Positions 35,090 to 44,476 are shown, counted from the stretch's first letter. The stretch: 64,000 bases of DNA from a virus (IMGVR_UViG_3300046689_000570:852-64851); one strand, 5' to 3'. The notes: a model not told the origin generated them from the letters alone. A program made the numbers and translations.

Positions 35090-35608
35090 GTGACCGCACT
35101 ACCTACCCTTGAACAGTACCGCGCTCTCGTCGAGAGTAGAGTAGAGACTCTGCTCCAGCACGTTCCTCGACCGCTGCTTCCCACCTTCGTGAGCATGGAT
35201 CAGGAGGGAGAGATCGTTACCGCTCCTGTGGTGTTTGTGATGGCGGAGCCGGAGCTACGCATGGTCCGCGAGATGGGCCGACGCTTCGCAGTCGCCGCAG
35301 GCGCCGCGCTCATGGCCCTGGTGCTGGAGGGGGAGCGGGCCCTCGCCCCGGACGGGTCCGCCAACGCACAGTTGATCGAACAGGGAGACTGGGACGAGCT
35401 ACCTCCCGATGACCGCGAGCGGCAGATCATCTTCTACCTGGAGGACTGCACGGGTGCGACGCTCGTCCGTACCTATACTCCCACGGAGCAGGGTTCTCTC
35501 CAACCCTCAACGGATCACGGTGAGAACGAGGCCATGATCGAAGAGTGGTGGCCACTGCTTCCCACCAACCGACTACGTGAACATGCTGGCGTAGCGCGTC
35601 AGAACTAG
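35090..35608 (+). CDS. Hypothetical protein
   Basis: 172 aa; AGGAGAG RBS. Confidence 0.6.
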   Translation: MTALPTLEQYRALVESRVETLLQHVPRPLLPTFVSMDQEGEIVTAPVVFVMAEPELRMVREMGRRFAVAAGAALMALVLEGERALAPDGSANAQLIEQGDWDELPPDDRERQIIFYLEDCTGATLVRTYTPTEQGSLQPSTDHGENEAMIEEWWPLLPTNRLREHAGVARQN

Positions 35609-35621
35609 CACGTAACCTCTA

Positions 35622-35688
35622 CTCCCCTGTCAGGGCGGCATACCTACAGCGCACCGCCTTGACAGGGGAGCGCAATTTTTGCGACAAT
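35622..35688 (+). promoter_or_regulatory. Promoter P3 embedded in a 17-bp inverted repeat (possible overlapping terminator)
   Basis: TTGACA(35659)-N18-GACAAT; arms CTCCCCTGTCAGGGCGG and CCGCCTTGACAGGGGAG. Confidence 0.7.
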
Positions 35689-35739
35689 TGGGACGGCAGC
35701 CGACCGAGCATGGTCGCTGCACGAAAGGGGATCTTCTTC

Positions 35740-36786
35740 ATGACCGTAGTCCAGATCGAACGGGATCGCATTGTGGATTACATCCGAGACCACAATCGCG
35801 GATTGCAGGATCGGATGAACGTCATCACCTATGGCCCGCCCGGCACGGGCAAGACCACCCTGGCCTGGGCTTCCGCTCTGCCAGGGCAACCCATCTACGA
35901 GGTGACGTGCACCTCGGAGCAGAGCGCGGCCGTCTTGACGGGGTTCTTCGTCCCCAAGGGGGACAGGTTCGAGCACCTCGATGGCCCACTTACCCGCGCC
36001 TGGCTGGGTCAGCCCATCCGTATGGGAATCGAGGGCTTCGAGGAAGACGACGAGCGCGGCGACGCCATCATTGGTGGCCTGTTGGTCATCAACGAGATCG
36101 ACAAGGCGTCTCCTGATGTGGCCGACATCATTCATGTCGGCGCCGACGACCAGCGGGTGGCCATCATGTACCTGCCCGACGGCAGGATCATCCGCCCCGC
36201 CAACGGGTTCTGGTGCTGGGCCACCATGAACGGCAACCTGGAAGACCTGAGCGACCCGGTGCTCGACCGCTTCCCTCTCCGCATCCCGGTGTGGGAACCC
36301 GGTCAGGGTCAGCTCGACCTCCTCTCCCCTGCTACCCAGCAAATCTGCCGAAACTTCTACACCTCAGTAGCGGGCACGGGCCGCTCACCGCAGTTCACCT
36401 ACCGGGAGCTGCGAGCCTTCGATCGGCTGGTGCTGGCCGGCTCGCCCGCCAACCTGGCCGCGGCGTCCATTGGCCGCAACTCCGATGCGTCCGAGGCGCT
36501 GGCCAAGGACTACACCATCACCCAGGCCGCGCTGACTACCTTCCCGGTCACCTCCAATGGGCACAGTGAGGTCGAAGCAGAAGAGGCTATGGAAGGTGCG
36601 CTCTTCAACACCCTCGATCCGACTGCCGAAGCGGCCGCTCAGCTCGCCTCTGAACTGGCCGTCACCTCCGAGATTCTCAGCCCCCTGTTCGGTGAGTCGG
36701 TGCCACTCACCATTCCCGTGAGCCCAGTCGCTACCGCGGCACCTCGCCGCACCCGTGCCCCACGCAGCACCCGGAGCGCCTTCTAA
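35740..36786 (+). CDS. MoxR/CobS-like AAA+ ATPase
   Basis: GPPGTGKT Walker A, LLVINEIDKA Walker B, ATMN sensor 1, LDRF arginine finger. Confidence 0.85.
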   Translation: MTVVQIERDRIVDYIRDHNRGLQDRMNVITYGPPGTGKTTLAWASALPGQPIYEVTCTSEQSAAVLTGFFVPKGDRFEHLDGPLTRAWLGQPIRMGIEGFEEDDERGDAIIGGLLVINEIDKASPDVADIIHVGADDQRVAIMYLPDGRIIRPANGFWCWATMNGNLEDLSDPVLDRFPLRIPVWEPGQGQLDLLSPATQQICRNFYTSVAGTGRSPQFTYRELRAFDRLVLAGSPANLAAASIGRNSDASEALAKDYTITQAALTTFPVTSNGHSEVEAEEAMEGALFNTLDPTAEAAAQLASELAVTSEILSPLFGESVPLTIPVSPVATAAPRRTRAPRSTRSAF

Positions 36787-38864
36787 TGGGCAACAGCATT
36801 CTCCCTCAGGGACTGGACGGGAAGGACTGGCAGATCCTCCAGTCCGCTAACCAGGAAGTCAGCGTCAACCTGCGGCAGCACATCGCCACTGCCGTACCCG
36901 CAGTGACGCAGGGCCTGGAGCAGGCTCACTACCACGAGCTGGCGAGGATCATGTTCAGCGCCGGCCACGAGCCAGACATCACGACTCACGCGGGAATCCT
37001 GGCGGAGGCTATCGAAGAGCTGCGGCTGGACCTGCTGCTCGAAGAGCGCGGCATTCCACAGGACAAGCGGCTAGAGGATCACGACTGGGCTCAGGCGCCC
37101 CGCTTCGACGCGTCAACCGCCGCCCGCGACCGTCTCCGCTTCTTACTGGAGACGGTGTGGCAGGCTCAGGAAGAGGGACCACTCACTCAGCACTGGCTGA
37201 ACACCTTCAACGAGCTGCAGCGGGACAAGCCCTCGCTGATCGACGCACTCAAGGGTACCCTGCCGCAGCTCCAGCAAGCGGTCAAGCAGGGGGGCGACGG
37301 ACTGGCGGAGCGTGACGAGCTGGCTCGCCAACTGTGGAAGCTGCTCGACCCGCCACCACCACCGCCCAAGCCGGTCACTCCGCAGCAGCTCTCGCACGAG
37401 ACGCAGCAGAAGATCCAGGAGGCGGCGAAGCCCAAGCCGGAGCCCGCCGAGGCACCCAAGAAGAAGCAGACCCGCCTGCGCAAGATCGAGAAGCCGAAGC
37501 CCGAGCCCCAAGAAGAGGATGAAGAGGCGGCGACGTCGGAGTCAACCGACGAGGAGTCCGCGAACAACGATAGCTCAACCGCGTCCTCGAAGAACGAGGA
37601 GCGTGATACGCAGGAGGAGGGAGAAGATGGGAATGGGGATGCTGACCAGTCGGAGAAGGACTCTGGAGCACGAGACGATGCTGAAGAAGAAGACGGAGCG
37701 GAGGAGAAGGAGGAATCAGGCGGCAAGTCGGATGCGGGTGAAGACCCGGAAGCGGATGAAGAAGAGCTAGATGGCGAGGATGACGGGGACGGGGAAAGCG
37801 GCGCTGAGGCCAGCGAAGAGGAACTCGAAGACGACGGGGACCGCGAAGACGAGGAGGGCGGCGAAGAAGAGAAGGACTACGCCGCAGAGTACGAAGAGGT
37901 AGAGGAGACCGACGAGGAGCGGCGCGAGCGGGAAGAGCAAGAAGCAGAGGACCGCGCAATCGCCGACGCACTCAACCAGGGCGGCGAGTCGGTGCTTCAG
38001 GTCTACGATCCGAAGAAGCCGCACGGGGTAGGTGGCGACGCCAAGGTCGGGCACATGCTGATCCACGATCATGTGAAGACCTCGAAGAGGACGCACATGG
38101 TCCGCAAGACGGCCGGTGCCCGCGACCGAGGGGTCATCCCCACCCAGTTCCATCGGTACGCCATGGACAAGGCGGTCTTCTCCGCTAAGCGGCCCGGCGG
38201 TACCATCCTGATCGACGGCTCCGGCTCTATGAACTGGGACCCCGACAAGCTGGAAGTCCTGATCTCGCAGCTTCCCACCGCCACGATCGCGATCTATCAC
38301 GGCTCCGAGGTGGACTGGGAAGTAACTACCGGACTGGGCGCCACGCTTCAAGCGGCGGCCAAGCAGCAGCAGGATGCGTGGACTGCCTGGCGAGAGTATC
38401 AAAACGATCAAAACGACTACGACTACGATAAAGAGCGGCAGCTCGGACGAGAGCGGCAAGCCGCGTTCGAGAGCTGGAAGCGGGTAGCTACTGCCGCAGG
38501 CTACCAGCCCGTCGACTCTCCCTGGGTAGCCGGCATTCAGCGAGCCGGTGCAGCGGTCAATGGCACCCTGTGCATCCTGGGCAAGCAAGGCCGCTGGGGT
38601 CCCCTCGCTCACGGTCTCGGTGGCGGCAACAACGTCGACGTCGAGGCGTTGCAGTGGCTGGCCGCCCAGCCGGGGCCCCGTGTCTGGATCTCCGATGGCC
38701 GCGTGACCGGCGGCTTCTACTACGGGATGCTGGGTAGTCAGGGACTGGAACACCTGTGCGAAGAGCTGTGCCGTCGGCACCGCATCACCCGCACCCCTAC
38801 GGTGCAGGCTGCGCTCAAGCAGCTCCGCGTGACTATCCCCAGTCTCGCCAAGCTGGGCATCTGA
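36786..38864 (+). CDS. VWA (MIDAS) domain protein with a long acidic linker, CobT-like partner of the AAA ATPase
   Basis: ILIDGSGSM and WISDG MIDAS residues; ~150-aa Asp/Glu-rich tract; TAATG-coupled to the ATPase gene. Confidence 0.8.
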   Translation: MGNSILPQGLDGKDWQILQSANQEVSVNLRQHIATAVPAVTQGLEQAHYHELARIMFSAGHEPDITTHAGILAEAIEELRLDLLLEERGIPQDKRLEDHDWAQAPRFDASTAARDRLRFLLETVWQAQEEGPLTQHWLNTFNELQRDKPSLIDALKGTLPQLQQAVKQGGDGLAERDELARQLWKLLDPPPPPPKPVTPQQLSHETQQKIQEAAKPKPEPAEAPKKKQTRLRKIEKPKPEPQEEDEEAATSESTDEESANNDSSTASSKNEERDTQEEGEDGNGDADQSEKDSGARDDAEEEDGAEEKEESGGKSDAGEDPEADEEELDGEDDGDGESGAEASEEELEDDGDREDEEGGEEEKDYAAEYEEVEETDEERREREEQEAEDRAIADALNQGGESVLQVYDPKKPHGVGGDAKVGHMLIHDHVKTSKRTHMVRKTAGARDRGVIPTQFHRYAMDKAVFSAKRPGGTILIDGSGSMNWDPDKLEVLISQLPTATIAIYHGSEVDWEVTTGLGATLQAAAKQQQDAWTAWREYQNDQNDYDYDKERQLGRERQAAFESWKRVATAAGYQPVDSPWVAGIQRAGAAVNGTLCILGKQGRWGPLAHGLGGGNNVDVEALQWLAAQPGPRVWISDGRVTGGFYYGMLGSQGLEHLCEELCRRHRITRTPTVQAALKQLRVTIPSLAKLGI

Positions 38865-38870
38865 TCTCAC

Positions 38871-38893
38871 GGGGGGCCGCAGTGCGGCCCCCC
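38871..38893 (+). terminator. GC-rich hairpin after the VWA gene
   Basis: GGGGGGCCGC-AGT-GCGGCCCCCC with a weak pyrimidine tail. Confidence 0.5.
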
Positions 38894-38919
38894 TCTCTAC
38901 TCCAGAAAGGACCAGGATA

Positions 38920-39273
38920 ATGAGTCTCTATCTCGACGAGTTCAGGAGCGTCCGCATGAAGTGCGACGGCTGCGGCCTGGACGACTGGGTGCGCAGCGGC
39001 ATCGTCTCTGCTTACTGGCACATCGAGGATGACACTCACCAGTATTGCGGTGAATGCTGGGATCGGATCAAGCAGGACGCGAAAGTCTTCGGCGACCAGT
39101 GCAGCTTCCCGCTCTTCGAGCCCGCGATTCGAGAGCGCCTCTTCTTCCGCTGCGTGGAGGCAAACAACCTCAGCGTTCAGTGCTCACCCCCCGCATGGGG
39201 ATATGGGGCACCGCGTGCTAGTGTCTACGTCGTCAACCTCGATAACCGCATCGAGTTGAGAGGGCCACGATGA
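38920..39273 (+). CDS. Small zinc-finger-like protein
   Basis: CDGC...YCGEC; 117 aa. Confidence 0.6.
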   Translation: MSLYLDEFRSVRMKCDGCGLDDWVRSGIVSAYWHIEDDTHQYCGECWDRIKQDAKVFGDQCSFPLFEPAIRERLFFRCVEANNLSVQCSPPAWGYGAPRASVYVVNLDNRIELRGPR

Positions 39274-40790
39274 GTCGCATTATTGTCATCAACGGCCCGC
39301 CTGGCACGGGCAAGACGACCAAGCTGACCGAGATGTTCGAGTCTGCGGTGCGGCACTACGGCGCCCACCGCGTGGCCGCCGTGACCTATACCCGTGCGGC
39401 GGCGCGAGAGCTACAGGTGCGCGCGGCGACGGCCCTGGGCCTCTCCTCGCGCCTGCCTCGCGATCTCCAGCGGGAGCTGCCCTACGTGGGGACCATTCAC
39501 AGCCTGGCCTACCGGGCCATCGGCCACCCGCAGATGGTGGACCGCAGGTCCATCGGCGAGTTCTTTCTGGAGCGGGTGCCTGGCATGTTCACCAAGCTAC
39601 CCGACCTGGGCGAAGAGGGGATGCCAGAGTTCCCGGAGAACAGCGCGGAGCAGTTCCTCTCCGCCATCTCCGTGGCCCGCCATAAGCGCCGCGATGTGCT
39701 GGAGTATCTAGCCAAGGTTCCTGTGCTCGACTTTGATCCTGACAATGCCGAGTACCGAGACTACCGAGAGCCCTACCAGAAGTACGTCGAGTGGAAGCGG
39801 GACACTTCGCTGATGGACTTCGAGGATCTCCTGGAGCAGACGCCGCGCACCCTGCCCGAAGTGCGGGTGCTCTTCGTGGATGAGGCACAGGACTGTAGCG
39901 CCCTCATGCTGCATCTCCTGGTCGACTGGGCCCGACCGCTGGAGTTCTCCGCCTTTGCTGGCGACCCCTTCCAGGCGCTCTACACCTGGGCCGGGGCAGA
40001 TCCGCATCTTCTCATGCACCTGGGCACTGCGGTGGGGGGACCGAAGACCCTGAGCATCTCGCACCGCCTGCCTCCCAACGCAGCCAGCTACGCGGTCGAT
40101 GTGCTGGAGAGTGCGGGCTGGGATGAGCCTGCCTGGATGGGCACGTGGCACGGGAGCAGCGCACCTAAGCGGTTGGATGGCACCGCGTTCTACCTGGCCC
40201 GTACCCGTAACCTCTTGAACTTCATCCGAGGGGATCTCTATCGCGCGGGTACCCCCTTCCGAGAGCTGCGCGGTCGGGGTCCGCTGGAGACCTGGGCCGC
40301 GGATGCGTACCGTGTCCTGAACGAGGTGCAACGCGGCGAACTGGTACCGCGTGAGGCGATCCAGGTCATCGCCAAGGGGGTGCCATCCCGCTCCCTCTAC
40401 CGAGGGGTGAAGGCGGAGCTGGAGCGCCAGCACGGAGGCGAGCTGATCGGGCGCCGCCAGATCGAGCAGCTTACCCGCGAATCGCTGGAGCTAACCATGG
40501 ACCGCGTGACGCACAGCGACTACTACCGCCTGATGGTCGCCACCCATGGACCGCAGTCGCTGTACCACACCCCGCAGCTTGCGATCGGCACGGTGCACGC
40601 GGCCAAGGGGGCAGAGGCCGACCACGTGCGGCTGCTCGCCAACTGGGGCACGATCCCTTACACCGCTACGGGAACCCCAGAGGGGGCCAAGAGCGAGGCG
40701 TGTGTGGCCTACGTGGGCGCCACCCGCCATCGTGAGAAGTTCGATCTCGTCGATCTCAACGCACCTGGAGGACTGTACCCGTGGCCGTGA
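39270..40790 (+). CDS. UvrD/Rep-like superfamily 1 helicase
   Basis: GPPGTGKT, TYTRAAA, GTIHS, VDEAQD, GDPFQALY, TVHAAKGAE, YVGATR. Confidence 0.9.
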   Translation: MSRIIVINGPPGTGKTTKLTEMFESAVRHYGAHRVAAVTYTRAAARELQVRAATALGLSSRLPRDLQRELPYVGTIHSLAYRAIGHPQMVDRRSIGEFFLERVPGMFTKLPDLGEEGMPEFPENSAEQFLSAISVARHKRRDVLEYLAKVPVLDFDPDNAEYRDYREPYQKYVEWKRDTSLMDFEDLLEQTPRTLPEVRVLFVDEAQDCSALMLHLLVDWARPLEFSAFAGDPFQALYTWAGADPHLLMHLGTAVGGPKTLSISHRLPPNAASYAVDVLESAGWDEPAWMGTWHGSSAPKRLDGTAFYLARTRNLLNFIRGDLYRAGTPFRELRGRGPLETWAADAYRVLNEVQRGELVPREAIQVIAKGVPSRSLYRGVKAELERQHGGELIGRRQIEQLTRESLELTMDRVTHSDYYRLMVATHGPQSLYHTPQLAIGTVHAAKGAEADHVRLLANWGTIPYTATGTPEGAKSEACVAYVGATRHREKFDLVDLNAPGGLYPWP

Positions 40791-41392
40791 GCTGCAACAA
40801 GTTCGGGGTCCTGCTCAAGCAGATCCGCCTAGCGGCCGGCTGGTCCCAGCCGCACCTGGCCAAGGCTGCCGCGCTGGAAATCCACTACCCCATGCAGCTA
40901 GAGAGTGGCGCCAAGCCACATCCCCGCGTCGAGACGGTGGACTCCCTGGCCCGTGCGCTGGGGGTGAGCGGCTTGGAGGCTGACCAGCTTCGCGCCGCAG
41001 CGGGCTACGTGCCCGTCACCGTGGAGAAGGGGGAGTGGTCGAACGCACAGTACCAGCTCTCCCGCTTTCTTGCAGACCCCCGCATAGAAGGGGGTCTGAA
41101 ATTGCAGATTCTGCAAAGAATCGAGGTGATGCTCGGCGACTGCCAACCCTGTGAGAGTTGGGGAGGGTATGCCCGCGACATACCCCCTCGACCGCAAGCC
41201 AAGAAGCTGATTCTCCAGGAGCTAGCCCTCGGGGACTTCACCCGCCAGCAGCTCGAAGTGCGGACTACTCTCTTCCAGTCCACCGTGAACCGCACCCTGA
41301 CTGAACTCATGCGGGCAGGCAAGGTGGTGAAGAACAACACCACGCATCGCTGGTCCCTGGCGGACCAACATGGCCAAACCTGCGAGAAGTAA
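40787..41392 (+). CDS. XRE-family HTH regulator with a C-terminal winged helix
   Basis: LKQIRLAAGWSQ..LAKAA......LESG...P....LARALG; second HTH ..QSTVNRTL.EL...GKV. Confidence 0.75.
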   Translation: MSCNKFGVLLKQIRLAAGWSQPHLAKAAALEIHYPMQLESGAKPHPRVETVDSLARALGVSGLEADQLRAAAGYVPVTVEKGEWSNAQYQLSRFLADPRIEGGLKLQILQRIEVMLGDCQPCESWGGYARDIPPRPQAKKLILQELALGDFTRQQLEVRTTLFQSTVNRTLTELMRAGKVVKNNTTHRWSLADQHGQTCEK

Positions 41393-41410
41393 CTCAATCA
41401 GGCGGTAACC

Positions 41411-41460
41411 AAAAAGCCCCGGCCTCTGTGACTGCACCACAGGACCGGGGCTTTCTGTTT
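41411..41460. terminator. Bidirectional terminator between the convergent XRE and primase genes
   Basis: AAAAAGCCCCGG...CCGGGGCTTTCTGTTT. Confidence 0.8.
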
Positions 41461-41516
41461 GCCAGGAGACTACCGGGTGGACGAGACCTACGACGAGTAC
41501 GCGAATCCCCGCCGTA

Positions 41517-43034
41517 TTATAGCAGGATGTCGAAGGGGAGATACCACAGGTCCCAGTACGAACCGTCGGGGAACTGGTAGAGCACGTTGCCGCCGCCCAT
41601 GGAGCGCAGCGTCTGCCAAATCTGGTGCGCCGCGGGAGCGGGTCGGAGCTTGGTCCCGATGTTGTTGACCAGCAGGTCGCCGTTGACGATCAGCAGGTTT
41701 CTCGCGTCATCGTACCAGGAGGTGGGCGCCTTGGCGGGGGACTCAGGGATCTCGTGGAGGGGATTGCCGCGCAGGACCTTGAGGATCCCGAACTTGATAA
41801 CGCCCGTCTGCGTGGCGCTCTCGGGTACCTCCTCTTTCTCGGCCAGGTTGAAGATGGCTTCCGCGAAGAACTTGCCGCCACCCTTCTCCATGAAGACGTC
41901 CCCGAACTGTGGCACGAAGTTCAACTGCACGCCCATGCGGCGGGTGACGATGTTCATCTCGAACAGGTCGTCGCCGTTCAGGGTAACCGTGCGCTCCTCG
42001 CCGCGCACCTCCAGGTCCAGCTCATACTGTGGGTCGTCCATCTCGATGCGGCGTACACGGAGTAGCTTGAAGTTGCGCCCCACTTCCTGGTGCTTGGCAT
42101 CCTCTTTGGCCGCCACTCGCTCGTGCACATTGTGGATGGTGCGGAGCACGTAGCCTCGTCCGTGGTTGGGACGGCCGCGCTCCTGGTAGGTATGGCTGCC
42201 AATCGGAAACGTGGCGAACACGACCTCGATCTGCTCTGCGGTGAGCCCGGCCCCGTCCAACTGTGCACATACCGCGAAGTCGATCTCAGAGTTGGACTTG
42301 GTGCGGGCCCACTCACCCACCCCAGCCTCAACCAGGGGATCGAAGATGGCCCGCTTCACACGGGAGGTGAGGGCGAGGTGCTCCAACAGAAAGACGGCCT
42401 TCTCGTAGTCGGCACCCACCAGGGGAGGGATGATCGTGCGGTCGGAGAAGTCTTCGGCAGGAGGGGCGACGGCAGGAACCGCAGTGGGCACGGTCCCCGA
42501 GTAGGCAGCATAGAGGCGGTCGTAAACCTGACGGGCATTGGCACAGCTACGGATGTGCTCGAAGTCTCCCATCAGCACGCGGTAGGAGCCGCCACTCGGG
42601 TGCGTGGACGGAGGCACCACCACGTAGGAGCCCTCGCCTTTGATGTCCGCTACCCGCATCCCGGCGCGATCGTTGTAGGCGGTGGTGCTCGGATGGTCGG
42701 TCGAGAAGAGGAAGACGTGCAGCTTATCACTACCCGTCTCGATGACGAGGGTGTTCAGTGAGGGAAGGTGGGGGCGGATCCAGGTGCAGAAGGGGATCGA
42801 GTCGATGTCGCAAACGTGTAAGCCATGGCTGACTTTACCGCAGATGATGGCGAGGTTCGCGTCGGGGTACTTGACGGCCCACTCGGCTAGCTCATCTTCG
42901 GTGGGGATGCGGGTCTGGTATTCCTTCCACTTGAATCCGGTGATGGGTTGCTTATCGTGAGGCGTTACGGGGATTACCGAGAGTCCGAGGCTCCGATAGT
43001 AGCGGGCGTCGTCGACCCAGGTACGTATAGCCAC
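41517..43034 (-). CDS. Bifunctional DNA primase/polymerase (Prim-Pol/AEP)
   Basis: GLSVIPV..DKQP..WKEYQ, NLAIICG, VCDID, TGS..LHVF, DIKGEGSYVVVPPSTHPSG; SEIDF in a PriCT-like region. Confidence 0.9.
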   Translation of the reverse strand: MAIRTWVDDARYYRSLGLSVIPVTPHDKQPITGFKWKEYQTRIPTEDELAEWAVKYPDANLAIICGKVSHGLHVCDIDSIPFCTWIRPHLPSLNTLVIETGSDKLHVFLFSTDHPSTTAYNDRAGMRVADIKGEGSYVVVPPSTHPSGGSYRVLMGDFEHIRSCANARQVYDRLYAAYSGTVPTAVPAVAPPAEDFSDRTIIPPLVGADYEKAVFLLEHLALTSRVKRAIFDPLVEAGVGEWARTKSNSEIDFAVCAQLDGAGLTAEQIEVVFATFPIGSHTYQERGRPNHGRGYVLRTIHNVHERVAAKEDAKHQEVGRNFKLLRVRRIEMDDPQYELDLEVRGEERTVTLNGDDLFEMNIVTRRMGVQLNFVPQFGDVFMEKGGGKFFAEAIFNLAEKEEVPESATQTGVIKFGILKVLRGNPLHEIPESPAKAPTSWYDDARNLLIVNGDLLVNNIGTKLRPAPAAHQIWQTLRSMGGGNVLYQFPDGSYWDLWYLPFDILL

Positions 43035-43196
43035 AGGTAGTCTCCAGCGTAAAGTGGGGATCGCTAGGGGAGGGACTCCTCTGGGTGGGATAGCAGTTAG
43101 GGTATGCGGTATCCTCCTGGCGGAAAGTTGCGCAGCGCCGAGAATCGGGAACCAAGTCTACGCCCGACCGGCCGAGGCGCGCAAGGCGGAGTGCTG

Positions 43197-44252
43197 ATGG
43201 ATTGGAGCGTCGGGGTAGGCCATGCCCTCACCCTACTCAAGGCCCTACCTGAGGGGCAGGTTCACTCGGTAGTGACCTCGCCGCCCTACTTCCGTCTGCG
43301 GGATTACGGTACTGCTCCTCAAGTATGGGGGGGTGACCCCTACTGTACTCACGATTGGGGTGAACCGGAAAGCCCCCGCTGCTGGATGTGCAGCGCCTGG
43401 CGGGGAGAGCTGGGGCGGGAGCTGCGGGTTGAGGACTACATCTCCCACCTGACGCTGCTCTTTCGCGAGGTGAAGCGGGTACTCCATGCTCAGGGAACCC
43501 TGTGGGTCAACCTCGGGGACTGCTACGCGGGCGCCACCGATGGGCCCGTGCCACCTGGCTACAAGGCAAAGGATCTCATCCCCGTTTCATGGCTCCTGGG
43601 GCAGGCGCTAAGGGAGGATGGCTGGTGGCTCCGCTCCCAAATCATCTGGCACAAGCCCAACGTGAAGCCGAACTCCTACCGCGATCGTCCGGTGTCGGAC
43701 TACGAGCCGGTGCTGATGCTAAGCAAGCAAGAGCACTACTACTACGACTATCTGGAGGGATTAGAAGATGGGATGGGTGGCGGTCAACGCAATCTGCGCA
43801 CGGTATGGAGCATCAACACAGAGGGATCCGGCTACAAACACTACGCGTGTTACCCTCGGGAACTCCCACTTCGATGTATTAGATTGGGAACTCCAGGAGT
43901 GGTCTGTCCACGATGCGGTACTCCACATCGAAGAGAGGTTGCAACGACTCGCGGCGCCACCAACGAACGCGAAGCCGTACTCCAGCGGGTCAGGACCGCA
44001 GGCGCTATCTCTGGTGGACGCACCGGCGTTACGCTCGGCAAGACGCGCGAGATTAGCCGCACCGATGGAGGCTTCGTAAAGACCTGCACCTGTGACACGG
44101 ACGAGACGCTCCCCGGTATCGTGCTCGATCCGTTTGGCGGGCTGATGCGCACCGGCGAAGCTGCGCTAGAGCTAGGCCGACGCTTCATCGGGCTAGAGCT
44201 AAGCCCAGAGTACGCCGAAGAGGGTAAGCGTAGGCTCGCCGCCTTGTCATGA
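43197..44252 (+). CDS. Site-specific DNA methyltransferase (N4-C/N6-A, beta class)
   Basis: TSPPY catalytic motif before the VLDPFGG SAM-binding motif; IIWHKPN; no cognate endonuclease nearby. Confidence 0.9.
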   Translation: MDWSVGVGHALTLLKALPEGQVHSVVTSPPYFRLRDYGTAPQVWGGDPYCTHDWGEPESPRCWMCSAWRGELGRELRVEDYISHLTLLFREVKRVLHAQGTLWVNLGDCYAGATDGPVPPGYKAKDLIPVSWLLGQALREDGWWLRSQIIWHKPNVKPNSYRDRPVSDYEPVLMLSKQEHYYYDYLEGLEDGMGGGQRNLRTVWSINTEGSGYKHYACYPRELPLRCIRLGTPGVVCPRCGTPHRREVATTRGATNEREAVLQRVRTAGAISGGRTGVTLGKTREISRTDGGFVKTCTCDTDETLPGIVLDPFGGLMRTGEAALELGRRFIGLELSPEYAEEGKRRLAALS

Positions 44253-44476
44253 TCGAAGCTGGCCTGCTAAAATTCGGCCAGATTTTGCGCAGGAGCCGGC
44301 CGATGCCAACGACTCCAGAAGATCCCGAGTACGACCTCAAGCTCACTGGATGGCGGTACTGTACCGTCTGCAATCGCCCCGTCGCGGTGATCGTGAATGG
44401 TGAGCGTCGCGCCCTCACCACCTTCGGGGGCGTTCACGCTGACGGAGGTTACCGCTGCAAGAAGCACAAGAAGTAG
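44249..44476 (+). CDS. Small zinc-ribbon-like protein
   Basis: ATGA-coupled; CTVC...H...C..H. Confidence 0.5.
   Translation: MIEAGLLKFGQILRRSRPMPTTPEDPEYDLKLTGWRYCTVCNRPVAVIVNGERRALTTFGGVHADGGYRCKKHKK

Noticed and set aside
37510-37960. Repetitive GAG/GAA/GAC-rich tract resembling a repeat array
   Set aside because: It encodes the acidic linker of the VWA protein; no constant repeat-spacer structure, so not CRISPR
35833-39320. Near-identical DNA GGCCCGCC.GGCACGGGCAAGAC.ACC in the AAA and UvrD genes
   Set aside because: Both encode the GPPGTGKTT Walker A with the same codon bias, so convergence explains it
44281-44302. GATTTTGCGCAGGAGCCGGCC resembling the P1-P4 element
   Set aside because: Lies inside an ORF and lacks both the -35 box and the GAnAnT -10
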